Part shown: positions 20,063 through 30,719 of the stretch, one piece after another
Layout: each line of letters starts with the position of its first letter
Position numbering within the stretch: the stretch's first letter is position 1
From: an uncultured bacterium
GTDB lineage: Bacteria; Zhuqueibacterota; QNDG01; DTFT01
Reading direction: 5' to 3'
DNA: 64,000 nucleotides
NCBI GenBank assembly: GCA_963736115.1
Contig: CAVTNR010000005.1
Coordinates: 32,001-96,000, forward strand
Notes under the pieces: generated by a model
The model's input: only the letters and a program-made list of their open reading frames with translations
Databases searched by the model: none
Told to the model about the DNA's origin: nothing
Position numbers and translations under genes: made by a program

Positions 20063-21178
20063 TCAGGCCCAGACACCGGGTATGGCGCGTCCGCAAAAAC
20101 CGCACTGCCCGTTGCGAAGATGCGTCTCCTGCACGGAGAAGCCGGAGCGGCGGATGACGGCCTTGTGACATCCGGGGCAGAATGTGTTCTCCGCCTCGTG
20201 CCCCGGCAGGTTGCCGAGATAGACGAAATGCAGCCCCGCCTCGCGACTGATGGACCAGGCGCGCTCCAGCGTGGCCGCGGGCGTCGGCGGCAGGTTGTTC
20301 AGCTTGTACTGCGGATAAAAACGGGAAAAATGGACCGGCACGTCCGGCCCCATCTCCTTGAACACCCATTCCGAGAGCTTACGGAAACCGGCGTCGGAGT
20401 CGTTGAGCGTGGGGACCACTAGATAAACGATCTCGCACCAGATTTTCCTGTCGCGCAGCCGGACCAGGGTCTCGAGCACCGGCGCCATCCGGCCGCCGCA
20501 TACGGACCGGTAATACGACTCGTCCATGGCCTTCAGATCGACTTTGTATCCGTCGATCACGCCGCACAGGTCCTCGAGCGGCTCCCTGCGGATGAATCCG
20601 TTCGAAATGACCACGCTCCGGAGGCCCAGGCGCCGGCCCGCTGCGGCCGTGTCGACCGCGAACTCGTTGAACACCGTGGGCTCGGAGTATGTGAAGGCGA
20701 TCACCGGGCATCGGGCGCGGGTCGCCGCTTCAGCGACGGATGATGCCGAAAGCTCGGGGACCTGGGCCTCCTCCGGACGCCGCTGGGACAGGTCCCAGTT
20801 CTGACAGAACCGGCAATCGAAGTTGCAGCCCACGGTGGAGATGGAATAAGCCGGACTGCCCGGGAGCAGATGATAAAACGGCTTCTTCTCGATCGGGTCG
20901 ACATGAGAAGCCGCCACCCGGCCGTACACCAGGCTGTAGAAACGTCCGGCCCGGTTTTCCCGCACGCCGCATTTGCCCCGCTTCCCCTCGTCCACCAGGC
21001 ATTCCCAGGGGCACAGCCCGCATTGCACCTTGTTTCCCGCGAGCTTGCGGTAATGACGGGCCTCTTTGCCGGCCGGCCGTTCCGCGCCGCCGAGGCGGCC
21101 GGCCGGACCGGTCAAGCCGCAAGCCACAACCCCGGTTGCGGCCGCGAGGAAGCGCCTCCGGGACACGGCGGTTTTCAT
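20063..21178 (-). CDS. amrS: AmmeMemoRadiSam system radical SAM enzyme with twin-arginine signal
   Basis: SRRRFL TAT motif; VQCGLCPWEC, GKCGVREN, DPIEKKPFYH, GCNFDCRFCQNW, FTYSEP, HFSRFYP.YK, NTFCPGC. Confidence 0.92.
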   Translation of the reverse strand: MKTAVSRRRFLAAATGVVACGLTGPAGRLGGAERPAGKEARHYRKLAGNKVQCGLCPWECLVDEGKRGKCGVRENRAGRFYSLVYGRVAASHVDPIEKKPFYHLLPGSPAYSISTVGCNFDCRFCQNWDLSQRRPEEAQVPELSASSVAEAATRARCPVIAFTYSEPTVFNEFAVDTAAAGRRLGLRSVVISNGFIRREPLEDLCGVIDGYKVDLKAMDESYYRSVCGGRMAPVLETLVRLRDRKIWCEIVYLVVPTLNDSDAGFRKLSEWVFKEMGPDVPVHFSRFYPQYKLNNLPPTPAATLERAWSISREAGLHFVYLGNLPGHEAENTFCPGCHKAVIRRSGFSVQETHLRNGQCGFCGRAIPGVWA

Positions 21179-21246
21179 CCGTGCCGCCTTTTTGCCGGTT
21201 CGGCAGGGACCGCCGGGAGAATGTGAAAATGGGACGGCACCGGAAC

Positions 21247-21693
21247 CTACCGTGACGGCAGGGTGTCGGGCCGGGCGTGATTCAGGGCGGCCCGCACCGC
21301 CTCCTTCAGACTGTTGCAGGACAGCGTGGCGCCGGTGATGCCGTCTACTTCCGCCGATCCTTTCTCCTTCATCAGGACCGGGAGGCGCCGTACGACGCGG
21401 TCGTAATACCGGGGCGTCCCCTTTGCCTTCAGAACTTCCACGCAGGCCAGACGCCCGTCTTCGATATGCACGGCCACGGCCATGCCGGTCCAGCCCGGGC
21501 TCTCGGCCTTGTATATCCCGTCCCTGAAGTTCTGGACGGAACCAGCCGAGGTTTCGTGAACGACGGTTGCTGAAGCGCTTGTGACTGAATCGCCGGCCGG
21601 GCCGGCCGCAAATCCCGCGGCCGGACTGACCAGCCACAGGACGGCGGCCGACAGCAACCGGAACAGACATGCCTGGTGTTTCAGGATTCCCAT
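21247..21693 (-). CDS. Secreted FMN-binding (flavinylation) domain protein
   Basis: Signal peptide, FRDGIYKAES.G, VDGITGATLSCNSLKEAVRAAL containing the TGAT flavinylation motif. Confidence 0.88.
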   Translation of the reverse strand: MGILKHQACLFRLLSAAVLWLVSPAAGFAAGPAGDSVTSASATVVHETSAGSVQNFRDGIYKAESPGWTGMAVAVHIEDGRLACVEVLKAKGTPRYYDRVVRRLPVLMKEKGSAEVDGITGATLSCNSLKEAVRAALNHARPDTLPSR

Positions 21694-22052
21694 GGCCTGT
21701 TCCTGGTCATCATCCATTCCGTGAACAGACCGATGGCCGCGCCCGTCACCGGGATCCAGGCGGCCAGGGATTTTCCCCAATCCCCGCCGAACCAGGCCAG
21801 ACCCGCGGCCAGGGGGAGATTGAATCCGAGCCCGAACACGAGGCCTTTCACCCACCAGGACGCGGACCATTTCTCCGCTCCGATCACCGCGCCCATAAGC
21901 GTCTGAACGAGGACGACGGCGCGCACCGCCCATGCGGTGATGTCGTTGGTGATGCTCCAGGCCACCACATAGTCGCAGATGCCCAGAAAGAGGCCCCAGC
22001 CCGCGGCCGACTTCACGCGCGGCCAGAGGCCTGTTTTGATTCGGTTTTCCAT
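21681..22052 (-). CDS. Hypothetical membrane protein (about 4 TM)
   Basis: Hydrophobic Gly/Trp-rich segments; stop overlaps the start of the FMN-binding gene. Confidence 0.7.
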   Translation of the reverse strand: MENRIKTGLWPRVKSAAGWGLFLGICDYVVAWSITNDITAWAVRAVVLVQTLMGAVIGAEKWSASWWVKGLVFGLGFNLPLAAGLAWFGGDWGKSLAAWIPVTGAAIGLFTEWMMTRNRPWES

Positions 22053-22161
22053 TCAGTCCTTTTTCCCCGGTTAATGATTCGGTTCCGGTGCGGCCGCGCT
22101 TCATCGTCGGGAACGGGGAGTCCGTCCGACGGCGGACAGATTCCCGCCCCTCGGATAACCG

Positions 22162-22920
22162 TTACTTTTTCGATTCCACCGCTTTTTCCAGGAAAGGCCT
22201 GAAAAGATCGATCGGAATCGGGAACAGGGTGGTCGAATTGTTCTCCGCCGCGATCTCCACGAGGGTCTGGAGGAAACGAAGCTGCATGGACGTCGGTTCC
22301 TTGCCGAGTATGTGAGCCGCGTCCGCCAGCTTCTGCGACGCCTGGAATTCGCCGTCCGCGTGGATGACCTTGGCACGGCGTTCGCGTTCGGCCTCGGCCT
22401 GCCGCGCGATGGCGCGCTTCATCTCATCCGGCAGATCGATGTTCTTCACCTCGACGAGGGCCACCTTGATGCCCCAGGGGCCGGTGTGCTTGTCAAGTAT
22501 GTCCTGGAGCTTTTCGTTGATAGTCTCGCGTTCCGATAGGAGCTGGTCGAGCTCGAACTGTCCGAGCGTGGACCGGAGCGTTGTCTGCGCGAGCTGGGAC
22601 GTGGCGTACAGGTAGTCCTGCACGTCGGTGACGGCCTTGTTGGCGTCAACCACGCGGAAATACACCACCGCATTCACCTTCACGGATATATTGTCCTTCG
22701 AAATCACGTCCTGGGGGGGGACCTCCATGGGGATGGTGCGCAGGCTGACTTTCACCATTTTGTCGAAGACCGGGATCAGAAGGATGAGCCCCGGGCCCTT
22801 GGCCTTGATCAGGCGTCCCAGGCGGAAAATAACACCCCGTTCGTATTCCCGAAGAATGCGGACGGAATTGGCCAGAAGGAACAGGACGAAAAAGATTACA
22901 ACGATCCATTGAGTGGACAT
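22162..22920 (-). CDS. Slipin / SPFH (stomatin-like) protein
   Basis: [47 protein letters not shown]. Confidence 0.95.
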   Translation of the reverse strand: MSTQWIVVIFFVLFLLANSVRILREYERGVIFRLGRLIKAKGPGLILLIPVFDKMVKVSLRTIPMEVPPQDVISKDNISVKVNAVVYFRVVDANKAVTDVQDYLYATSQLAQTTLRSTLGQFELDQLLSERETINEKLQDILDKHTGPWGIKVALVEVKNIDLPDEMKRAIARQAEAERERRAKVIHADGEFQASQKLADAAHILGKEPTSMQLRFLQTLVEIAAENNSTTLFPIPIDLFRPFLEKAVESKK

Positions 22921-23029
22921 GACGACCTCCCATTCATGGGTGTGTGATGAAAATTCCCCTCCGCGAGCGTCGGGTTCCCCGTCCTCATAGCGGCGGGTGA
23001 CGTGTGAGCGGACGGATGGACGCGGAAAA

Positions 23030-24334
23030 TCATTTTCCCCGGCTTTCAACCGGAGTAACCTCCAGAACGAGTCCGTCGACCGACCGGACGACCACCTTTT
23101 CACCCTTTTTTACCGGTTTTTTGCTTCGGGCCGTCCAGATTTCTCCGTGCACGGAAATTTTCCCCTCCTCGCGTATGGCATCCACGACCGTTCCGATCTC
23201 GCCGACCAGGCCCTCTTCTCCGGTGGTGATTTTCAGACGGTGCGCCCGGGCCGTCAGGGCCAGTGCGAAGAGGAAAAACAGGGCCGAGCACAGGACGGCG
23301 GTGACAATGATGCTCAATGAAACCCTCATTTCCGGGGATTTGAACAGCATGAGTGATCCCAGAAACATGGCCACAATTCCTCCAATCGCCAGCAATCCAT
23401 GGCTGTTGACCTTCACTTCGACGATGAAAAACAGAATGGCAAGGAGTATCAGCAGAACTCCGGATGCGTTGACCGTAAGCACCTGCAGGGCAAAAAACGC
23501 GAGGATGAGAAAAATGCCGCCGATCACGCCGGGCAGAATGGCGCCCGGGTTGGACAGCTCGAAAAACAGGCCGTAGATGCCGAGCATCATGAGAATGTAG
23601 GCGATGTTGGGATCCGAAATCTTGTCGAGGATGCGGTAGCGCCAATCCATGGCCGAATGCCGGACGCCCGCGTCCTTCGTCTGAAGGGTTTTCTCTACGC
23701 CGTTATCGAGTCGGATCGTGCGGCCGTCCACCTGGTCCAGAAGGTCGCCGAGGTCTTTGGCGATGATTTCCGCGACTTTCTTCGAGACCGCCTCGGTTTC
23801 AGTGATGGAAACGCTTTCGCGCACCGCCTGCTCGGCCCATTGGCCGTTCCGGCCCCGCTTCTCGGCCAGACCCTTGATATGGGCCACCGCATCGTTGGTG
23901 ATCTTCTCCATCATGGTCTTCGAGGAGTCCTGGCCGCCCATGACGACCGGATGCGCGGATCCAAGATGGGTGGCGGGGGCCATGGCGATCAGATGCGCTG
24001 CGTAGGAGATGTAAACCCCGGCTGAGGCAGCCCTGCCTCCGCTGGGAGAGATGTACACGATGACAGGCACCAGGGAGGCGAGTATGGACTTGTCGATTTT
24101 CCAGGTGGCTTCCATGAGACCGCCCGGCGTGTCCATCTGGATGACCAGGCACTCGGCCTGGTTGTCTTCTGCCAGGCGGATGGCCTCATCAATGTATTTA
24201 GCGGTCACGGGCGTGATCGCGCCTTCGATTTTCAGGACTTCAACGGTATTCGCGGCCCCGAGCCCGGTCGCACCGAGCAGGAACAAAGCCGTCAGGAACC
24301 CTCTGAAGACCTCTGAATGCTTTAATAATCTCAT
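23030..24334 (-). CDS. nfeD: NfeD family membrane serine protease
   Basis: [27 protein letters not shown]-terminal OB domain HGEIWTA; adjacent to slipin. Confidence 0.93.
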   Translation of the reverse strand: MRLLKHSEVFRGFLTALFLLGATGLGAANTVEVLKIEGAITPVTAKYIDEAIRLAEDNQAECLVIQMDTPGGLMEATWKIDKSILASLVPVIVYISPSGGRAASAGVYISYAAHLIAMAPATHLGSAHPVVMGGQDSSKTMMEKITNDAVAHIKGLAEKRGRNGQWAEQAVRESVSITETEAVSKKVAEIIAKDLGDLLDQVDGRTIRLDNGVEKTLQTKDAGVRHSAMDWRYRILDKISDPNIAYILMMLGIYGLFFELSNPGAILPGVIGGIFLILAFFALQVLTVNASGVLLILLAILFFIVEVKVNSHGLLAIGGIVAMFLGSLMLFKSPEMRVSLSIIVTAVLCSALFFLFALALTARAHRLKITTGEEGLVGEIGTVVDAIREEGKISVHGEIWTARSKKPVKKGEKVVVRSVDGLVLEVTPVESRGK

Positions 24335-24673
24335 AGATAGGCTCCTATTCCCCATTCTATTTGAATGTACGTAATTTTTTGAAAAAAGTATATGAAAATC
24401 GACCGGGAAAGAAGGGGAAATCCGAAACCGGAACACTGTCATCTATATTAATATCAATATTTTAAAACCCGGAGGATCCTTCCTTCGCTCGTCCGGGCCT
24501 CACCCATGGAAACGGCCGGGTCCGGTTTTGAAGCATCCCGGACTAACGCTCGACCCGTACCGGAGAAAGACGGAATCCTTCTTTTAGAAGGTACCCGGCT
24601 TCCGCCTGTTACACGCCATGCGCATCTCCCTGTGCGCTGTGCCCCATGCGTAATGCGTTATCCGCATTACCTC

Positions 24674-26221
24674 CTAGAACATATATGTCCGTATCGAATG
24701 CGCCGGGCTCTCGGTTCTGACCGACCTCTCCCCCAGCCGCACCGCATAGGAAACGGGTGTGTCCGTACGGTTCAGGACCACAAGCGCCAGGGAACCGTCC
24801 GGGTTCCGGAACGCCGTAGTCTCCAGTTCGTCCACGGAAGCGGCGGATGCGATGCGCACCGCGCCCGGTTTGATGAACCTGGAGAAATGGCCGATATAAT
24901 AATAAGAGTTCATAAAATGCAGGCCGTCCGTTCGCGTGTCCGCATGCACGGGCGCGAAGCAGAAATTGCCCACATGATTGGGTCCGCCTGTTTCATCGAG
25001 CAGGATGTTCCAGTCCACCCAGCCGACGGTCCAGCGGTTCAGATCCGCGAGGATCGATTTGCCGTAGGCCTCGCCCATACTCCAGTCGTCCAGCTTTTTC
25101 GCGTCATACGGCCCGAGGCATCCCTCGGTGAACAGCAGTGCCTTGTCCGGGAACATTTCGTGCGCGAGCCGCACATTGTCGAAATTGTCACTGACGTACC
25201 AGTGGAATCCCATGCCCCATACATACCGGCCGGCGGCCGGATCGGACAGGATGGTGTTCGCCCATTCGGGCAGACGGTTCCGATTGTGGTCGTACCCGAT
25301 CACACGGACGTTGAATCTGTCAGCGAGCGCATTCCCCGCGGCTTGCCGCGGGGCAAGCGAGCGAATATCAGATGTCTCCTCTCTACAGATAGAAGATTCC
25401 CCGCCGCTTGCGGCGGGGAGCTTCAACAGCCCAGCCCGCTCGAGCGCGGGTCCCAGATGGTCGCGGATGAAGTCGCGCTGTTCCCCCGCCGTGAACACGC
25501 AGGAATCCCATGTCTGGGTGGCCTCCGGCTCGTTCTGCGGCGTCAGTCCCCAGATCGGAATCCCTTCCTTCTCGTATTCCCGGATGTATCGGACAAAGTA
25601 CTCCGCCCAGACCCCGCGGCATTCCGGCTTCAGCTTGCCGCCGTTGTTCATCTTGCCATTGGTCTTCATCCAGGCCGGCGGGCTCCAGGGCGAGGCGAAG
25701 AGCTTGAGCGGGCCGCCGGCCGCGCGGAACGCCTCGCGGATCAGGGGAATCAGCGCCTTCCGGTCCCTTTCGATGGAGAATTTCTTCAGCTCGAAATCGC
25801 CGGGCGTTTCGGCGTACGCGTAATTGCCCGTGGAAAAGTCGCAGCTGTTGATGTGCGTGCGGCAGAGTGTGTACGCATTCCCGCGGACGGGATCGAAGTA
25901 GGCCTCGAGCACGGCCGCGCGCTTCGCCGGGCTCAATTTGTAGAAGGTCACAGCCGCGGACTCGGTGAAGGCGCCGCCGAATCCCTCGATGGTCTGATAG
26001 TGCTGCGCCGGCTCAACCCAGACAGAGGTGATACGGTTGTCGAAGAACGCGTCCGCCGGAACGGATTCGAAAGAAAGCGCGGCCTTTTCCGCCAGACGGT
26101 CCGGCGTGTCTTTCGCGGTCTGAAATACACGGAGGCCGCGGGACGCGGGTGTATCCTGGCCCTGGGCCGTTGCCGCGAACCCGATGATCAGCATCATCCA
26201 ACTTCTTTTCCATGCCTGCAT
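24674..26221 (-). CDS. Glycoside hydrolase family 30 (glucosylceramidase-like), secreted, with an in-frame repeat insertion
   Basis: GFGGAFTES, RTHINSCDFS, ASPWSPPAWMK, QNEP, DHNR, FHWY, FTEGC, WVDWN..LD..GGPNHV.N. Confidence 0.93.
   Translation of the reverse strand: MQAWKRSWMMLIIGFAATAQGQDTPASRGLRVFQTAKDTPDRLAEKAALSFESVPADAFFDNRITSVWVEPAQHYQTIEGFGGAFTESAAVTFYKLSPAKRAAVLEAYFDPVRGNAYTLCRTHINSCDFSTGNYAYAETPGDFELKKFSIERDRKALIPLIREAFRAAGGPLKLFASPWSPPAWMKTNGKMNNGGKLKPECRGVWAEYFVRYIREYEKEGIPIWGLTPQNEPEATQTWDSCVFTAGEQRDFIRDHLGPALERAGLLKLPAASGGESSICREETSDIRSLAPRQAAGNALADRFNVRVIGYDHNRNRLPEWANTILSDPAAGRYVWGMGFHWYVSDNFDNVRLAHEMFPDKALLFTEGCLGPYDAKKLDDWSMGEAYGKSILADLNRWTVGWVDWNILLDETGGPNHVGNFCFAPVHADTRTDGLHFMNSYYYIGHFSRFIKPGAVRIASAASVDELETTAFRNPDGSLALVVLNRTDTPVSYAVRLGERSVRTESPAHSIRTYMF
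25310..25427 (-). mobile_element. ~118-bp double-palindrome MITE/REPIN-like element, copy 1 (in-frame inside GH30)
   Basis: Ends GTTGAA...TTCAAC; two CCCCGCnGCAAGCnGCGGGG hairpins; aligns by eye end-to-end with 36852-36971. Confidence 0.85.
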
Positions 26222-26483
26222 ATCCGCCTCCTTTTCAGATGCCCTGAACCGGCCGTTCCGGACCTTCCTTTTTCGCTTGACATTCACGGTAAATTTTAGG
26301 AAATTGATGACAGAAAATAGGAGTGTTCATCCCTGCTCCAGTAGCAACCACATCTATAAAGAACCTTCAAATCAGAGAGACAGGGAGCCCGACTCTGGAC
26401 GCGTATTACAGGCCTCCATCGAGTGGAAGTAAAAAACGTCAGGGGGGCACCCACCGTGTGACCCACGGTTCTTTATAGCCATG

Positions 26484-26855
26484 CTATTGGGCAGGGATAT
26501 TTTTTTGCCCGGATAGAACCGCGACTCCCTCCTCCACACTCCCCGCCATCGGAAATAAATCCCCCAGGTGCATGCGTTCGAAGAGTTCCTTCAGAATGGC
26601 CCCCAGTCCGGCCACGGCGAAACGTCCGCCATCTTTGGTCACCCGGTCGTAGGTCAGGATCACGACGCCCAGGGCCGAACTGTTCATCACGTCCACGCCG
26701 TTGAGATCGATGAGCACGGACCTGCGTCCCTGTTCGATGAGACCGAGCATTTCCGCGCGAAAGGCCGGCACAGCCTGCTGGTACAGCTTGCGGCATTTCA
26801 CGGTGGCGACGGTCACCCCGTCCCGGTCTGCGATTGAAAGCATGGATTCGGACAT
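26484..26855 (-). CDS. STAS-domain protein
   Basis: VLIDLNGVDVMNSSALGV. Confidence 0.85.
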   Translation of the reverse strand: MSESMLSIADRDGVTVATVKCRKLYQQAVPAFRAEMLGLIEQGRRSVLIDLNGVDVMNSSALGVVILTYDRVTKDGGRFAVAGLGAILKELFERMHLGDLFPMAGSVEEGVAVLSGQKNIPAQ

Positions 26856-26969
26856 GTCATTTTCCTTCGGGTGGATGCGCTCGCGGACAGATTCCGGGCC
26901 GGACGCACGGTCTGGCAGCCGGCCGGATGTTTGCTTTTGCCGGACGCCGGACGGCGCACGGCGGCCGGC

Positions 26970-28512
26970 TCAGACCATGGTCGTGAAATCCCGGTCGAGG
27001 CTCCGGTACTGGATGGCCTCGGAGAGGTGCTGTGGTTTTATGGATTCCGAGCCATCGAGGTCCGCGATGGTCCGGGACACTTTCAGGATGCGGTCGTAGG
27101 CGCGGGCCGACAGGCCCAGGCGCGTGATCGCGCGGCCCAGCAGGGCGTCGCTTTCAGGGCCGACGACTCCGTATTTCCGGATGTCCCTCGGCGTCATGTG
27201 CGCGTTGCAGTACACACCCGGCCGGCCCTTGAAACGCTCGGTCTGCATGCGCCGCGCGGCCATGACCCGGCGGCGCACGGTTTCGGAGGTCTCGCCCGTG
27301 GCGCGGCCCGCCAGCTCCCGGTAGGGAATGGCCGGCACCTCGACGTGTATGTCGATGCGGTCGAGCAGGGGTCCCGAGATGCGGGCGCGGTACCGCTGAA
27401 CGTCCATGACCGTGCACGCGCAGGAATGCAGGGGGTTTCCGAAATGGCCGCAGGGACAGGGATTCATGGCCGCGACCAGCATGAATACGGCCGGATACGT
27501 GACCGTGAGCGCGGCGCGCGCGATGGTGACGCGGCCGTCCTCCATGGGCTGGCGCAGCACTTCGAGCACGTTCTTGCGGAATTCCGGGAGTTCGTCCAGG
27601 AACAGGACGCCGTGGTGGGCGAGGCTGACTTCCCCGGGCCTGGGCAGGTGGCCGCCGCCGATGAGGCCCGCGTCCGAAATGGTGTGATGCGGCGATCGGA
27701 ACGGCCGCGTGGCGATCGAGCGCGGTGTCCGTCGGCAGAAGGCCCGCGACCGAATGGATCTTCGTGGTTTCGAGCGCCTCCTCGAGCGTCAGGTCCGGCA
27801 GCACGGTCGGGATGCGCTTCGCCAGCATCGTCTTTCCGGAACCCGGGGGTCCGATCATCAGCGCGTTGTGCCCGCCCGCGGCCGCGACTTCAAGACTGCG
27901 CTTGACGTGTTCCTGGCCCTTGACGTCCTGAAAATCCACGCCGTAGGAGGCGACGCGGGCGAAGACGTCCTCCATCGCGACCGTGAAGGGCGGGTCTTTT
28001 CTCACCCCGTCGAGGATTTCCACGGCCTGCCGCAGGGTCTCGACCGGGTGCACGGCCAGCCCCAGCGCCATGGCGGCCTCCTTCGCGTTCTGCTTCGGAA
28101 GCAGAATGGCCGGCACTGCCGCGTCGCGCACCGCGATCGAAATCGGAAGCCCGCCGCGTATGGCCCGGACCTGGCCGTCCAGCGCCAGTTCGCCCAACAC
28201 CACCGTATCCCGCAGTTTTTCCGGGTCGATCTGTCCGCTGGCCGCAAGTATGCCGATAGCCATGGGCAGGTCGTAGGCGGACCCCTCCTTCCGGATGTCT
28301 GCGGGAGCCAGGTTCACCGTGATCCGCTTGTTCGGCAGGTAATACCCGGCGTTCCGTATCGCCGCGCACACCCGCTCCTTGGATTCCTTGACTGCGCTGT
28401 CCGGAAGCCCCACGGTCACGAAAGCGGGTAATCCGCCCTCGAAATGGGTTTCAACCTGGACGATGTAGCCCTCGATGCCCAGCACTGCCGCGCTCAATAC
28501 TTTCGCAAACAT
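26970..28512 (-). CDS. comM: YifB/ComM Mg-chelatase-like AAA+ ATPase; single frameshift at ~27717 (probably an assembly error)
   Basis: [38 protein letters not shown]; after the shift [40 protein letters not shown]. Confidence 0.9.
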
Positions 28513-28595
28513 GCCGGTTTTGGGAATGGTGAATGATGGATTTCAATCAATTGTATGCAATTCAGCGGACAGAATCAAGCGCTTTTTAAACGCCT

Positions 28596-28624
28596 TGACT
28601 TTCCCGCCCCCCAGTCGTATGTTG
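28596..28624 (+). promoter_or_regulatory. Sigma70-like promoter
   Basis: TTGACT-17 bp-TATGTT upstream of the OMP gene. Confidence 0.5.
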
Positions 28625-28864
28625 ATTGAAAAGAAACTTTATTCCGGACCGGGAGGCCGGGCGGATGCGTCCGCCGCTCCGATCTGAAAAAAATCAACTG
28701 CCCGGCCGAACCTGACCGAGCGACATCCGTATATCCTATTATGTGAAGATCCAGGCCCTGCCGCAGAACCAGCGGTCGGCCTGTCTACCGACTGCGGACG
28801 TATGGGATCGGTACTGTCGGCTGGAACCGGCCCCTCGTTACTTCCAACTCTCCCGGAGGACTGC

Positions 28865-29569
28865 ATGAAAAAATCGCTGATGATCACCATCTGTCTCGCG
28901 GCCGCGGGCGCCTGCTTCAGCCAGCAGATCGGTTTCTCGCTCGGACCGGCCGTGTTCAGGCCGGAAGGCGGAACGGCGCTCTCTAACGCGCCGACACCGG
29001 TGAACGCCTGCGGTCTGCTCCGCTTCAGGCTGGCCGAGGACCTGCTGCTCCAGGTGTCCGGCGGTTACGGCGTGAACAGCCGGTACTACGAGACGAATTC
29101 GCTCATGATGGGGGGACCCTACAGAACGGAAACCCGCATTTCCGGATTTCCGGCGGAAATCGAATTGTCGGCCTCCAAGCCGCTCGTCATCCTGAGCAGT
29201 CTCAGGCCCTGCATCGGGCTGGGCGCCGGTTATTACCGCTACACGTGCGCGGCATCGACCCGGACGGCCGTCGCGGAATACGAAACCGAAGCGGACATCA
29301 CCGGCTTTGCGCAGTATTTCACGGCCGGATGCGATTTCCGTCTCGGGAAACGCGTGATCGTTTTCGCCCGCGCGAGGAAAATCGGATTCAGCGGCCTGAA
29401 GGTGAAGGGCGAGGATCCGTACGAGAACACGCTGGGAGAACCGGCGTACGCGAAATACGAAACATCCCTCTCCACGGACCCTGGATCAGGGGACCTGTCC
29501 CTGGCGGTCGGCGTCCTGTTCGATCTGAATCCCGGCAGGTCCTGGTCCATCTCGGGTGAACGGGACTGA
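28865..29569 (+). CDS. Outer-membrane beta-barrel protein
   Basis: GGAGGA RBS, signal peptide MKKSLMITICLAAAGACFS, amphipathic beta strands (RPCIGLGAGYY, LSLAVGVLFDL). Confidence 0.7.
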   Translation: MKKSLMITICLAAAGACFSQQIGFSLGPAVFRPEGGTALSNAPTPVNACGLLRFRLAEDLLLQVSGGYGVNSRYYETNSLMMGGPYRTETRISGFPAEIELSASKPLVILSSLRPCIGLGAGYYRYTCAASTRTAVAEYETEADITGFAQYFTAGCDFRLGKRVIVFARARKIGFSGLKVKGEDPYENTLGEPAYAKYETSLSTDPGSGDLSLAVGVLFDLNPGRSWSISGERD

Positions 29570-29685
29570 GAACGAACAAACCGCCCGAAATCCAGGATCA
29601 CGAGGTTCAGTATCACGGCTCCGGATCAACTCGGACCATCCGCTTCAAGATGCGGGATTTATTTCTTATCAAGAGAGGAAATCGA

Positions 29686-29883
29686 ATGGCTGTATCAGGC
29701 AAGACCCTCAGACGCTCCAAGGACCGCTGGATAGCGGGTGTATGCGGCGGATTGGCGGAGTATTTCGCATGGCCCGCGGACCGGGTCCGGATCCTGTATG
29801 TTCTGGTTTCAGTGATCAGCGCCGCATTTCCCGGAATACTGGTCTATCTCCTGCTCTGGTTCGTCATGCCGGACGCGGACTGA
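29686..29883 (+). CDS. pspC: PspC domain protein
   Basis: LRRSKDRWIAGVCGGLAEYF...YLLLWFVMP. Confidence 0.9.
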   Translation: MAVSGKTLRRSKDRWIAGVCGGLAEYFAWPADRVRILYVLVSVISAAFPGILVYLLLWFVMPDAD

Positions 29884-30062
29884 TCAGTCCAATTTCTTGT
29901 TTATATGTGGGTTGCCCTGTTTTTTCGGAATCCCGTCGTAATCCGCATTTTCCTTTTCCATCAAGGGAAATATCATTTGCTTTTTGCCCGACCGATGTAT
30001 AAATTGATCGGATTTTGGTCTTGTGCCGGTCCCTCCCGCCACGCGACAGAATGAAAGGCCCC

Positions 30063-30686
30063 ATGTTCAGGAAACTGCTTCCCCGCGAATACAGCTTCTT
30101 CGATTTTTTCGAAGAACACAGCCGGATCGCCATCCGGACCTGCCGTGAGCTCCTGGAACTGACTTCCGGCAAGGGCGACATGTCCGAACACATCCAACGC
30201 ATCAAGGATCTGGAACACGACGCGGACAAGGTCACCAACCAGTGCATCGAGGCCCTCCAGAAGACCTTCATCACGCCCATCGAGCGAACCGACATCCACC
30301 AGCTCATCAAACAGCTCGACGACATCATCGACATCGTCAATGCCTCGGCCTACCGCTTTCAGCTCTATGAGCTCCGCGAGATGCGGCCCGAAGCGCGGGA
30401 GATGGCGCATATCCTGGTGCTGGCCTCCGGCGAAATCGAAGGCGCGCTCAAGGCGCTCCGCAACATGAAGAACGTCAAGGTGCTGAAGGAGCGCTGTCAG
30501 GCCATCTACGACCTGGAAAACCAGGGGGACGAGGTCGTCCGGTCCGCGCTGAGCCGGCTGATCCAGGAGGACCAGCCCATGGTCTTCATCAAGTGGAAGG
30601 AAATCTTCGAGCGTCTCGAGAAGGCGATCAACCGCTGCAAGCACGTCGCGGACCTGATCGAAGAAATCGTCATTGCCTCCACGTGA
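30063..30686 (+). CDS. DUF47 phosphate transport regulator
   Basis: LEHDAD, TFITPIERTDI, LENQGDE, KWKEIFERLE; paired with pit. Confidence 0.92.
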   Translation: MFRKLLPREYSFFDFFEEHSRIAIRTCRELLELTSGKGDMSEHIQRIKDLEHDADKVTNQCIEALQKTFITPIERTDIHQLIKQLDDIIDIVNASAYRFQLYELREMRPEAREMAHILVLASGEIEGALKALRNMKNVKVLKERCQAIYDLENQGDEVVRSALSRLIQEDQPMVFIKWKEIFERLEKAINRCKHVADLIEEIVIAST

Positions 30687-30719
30687 GGCATTTTTTTTAA
30701 TCCCGTCAGGAAACCCCGC

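Noticed and set aside
20063-21670. 535-aa extended radical SAM ORF as a fusion
   Set aside because: The first ~160 codons overlap the FMN-binding gene in another frame; the real start is the TAT-signal Met at 21178
24506-26299. 597-aa plus-strand ORF, and similar long ORFs at 44000..45505, 6758..8086 and 51357..52721
   Set aside because: Antisense to clearly identified genes (GH30, trpS/HNH, SplB-like, kinase)
27700-27730. Mobile element insertion in comM
   Set aside because: The two halves are contiguous apart from one extra base; no inserted DNA
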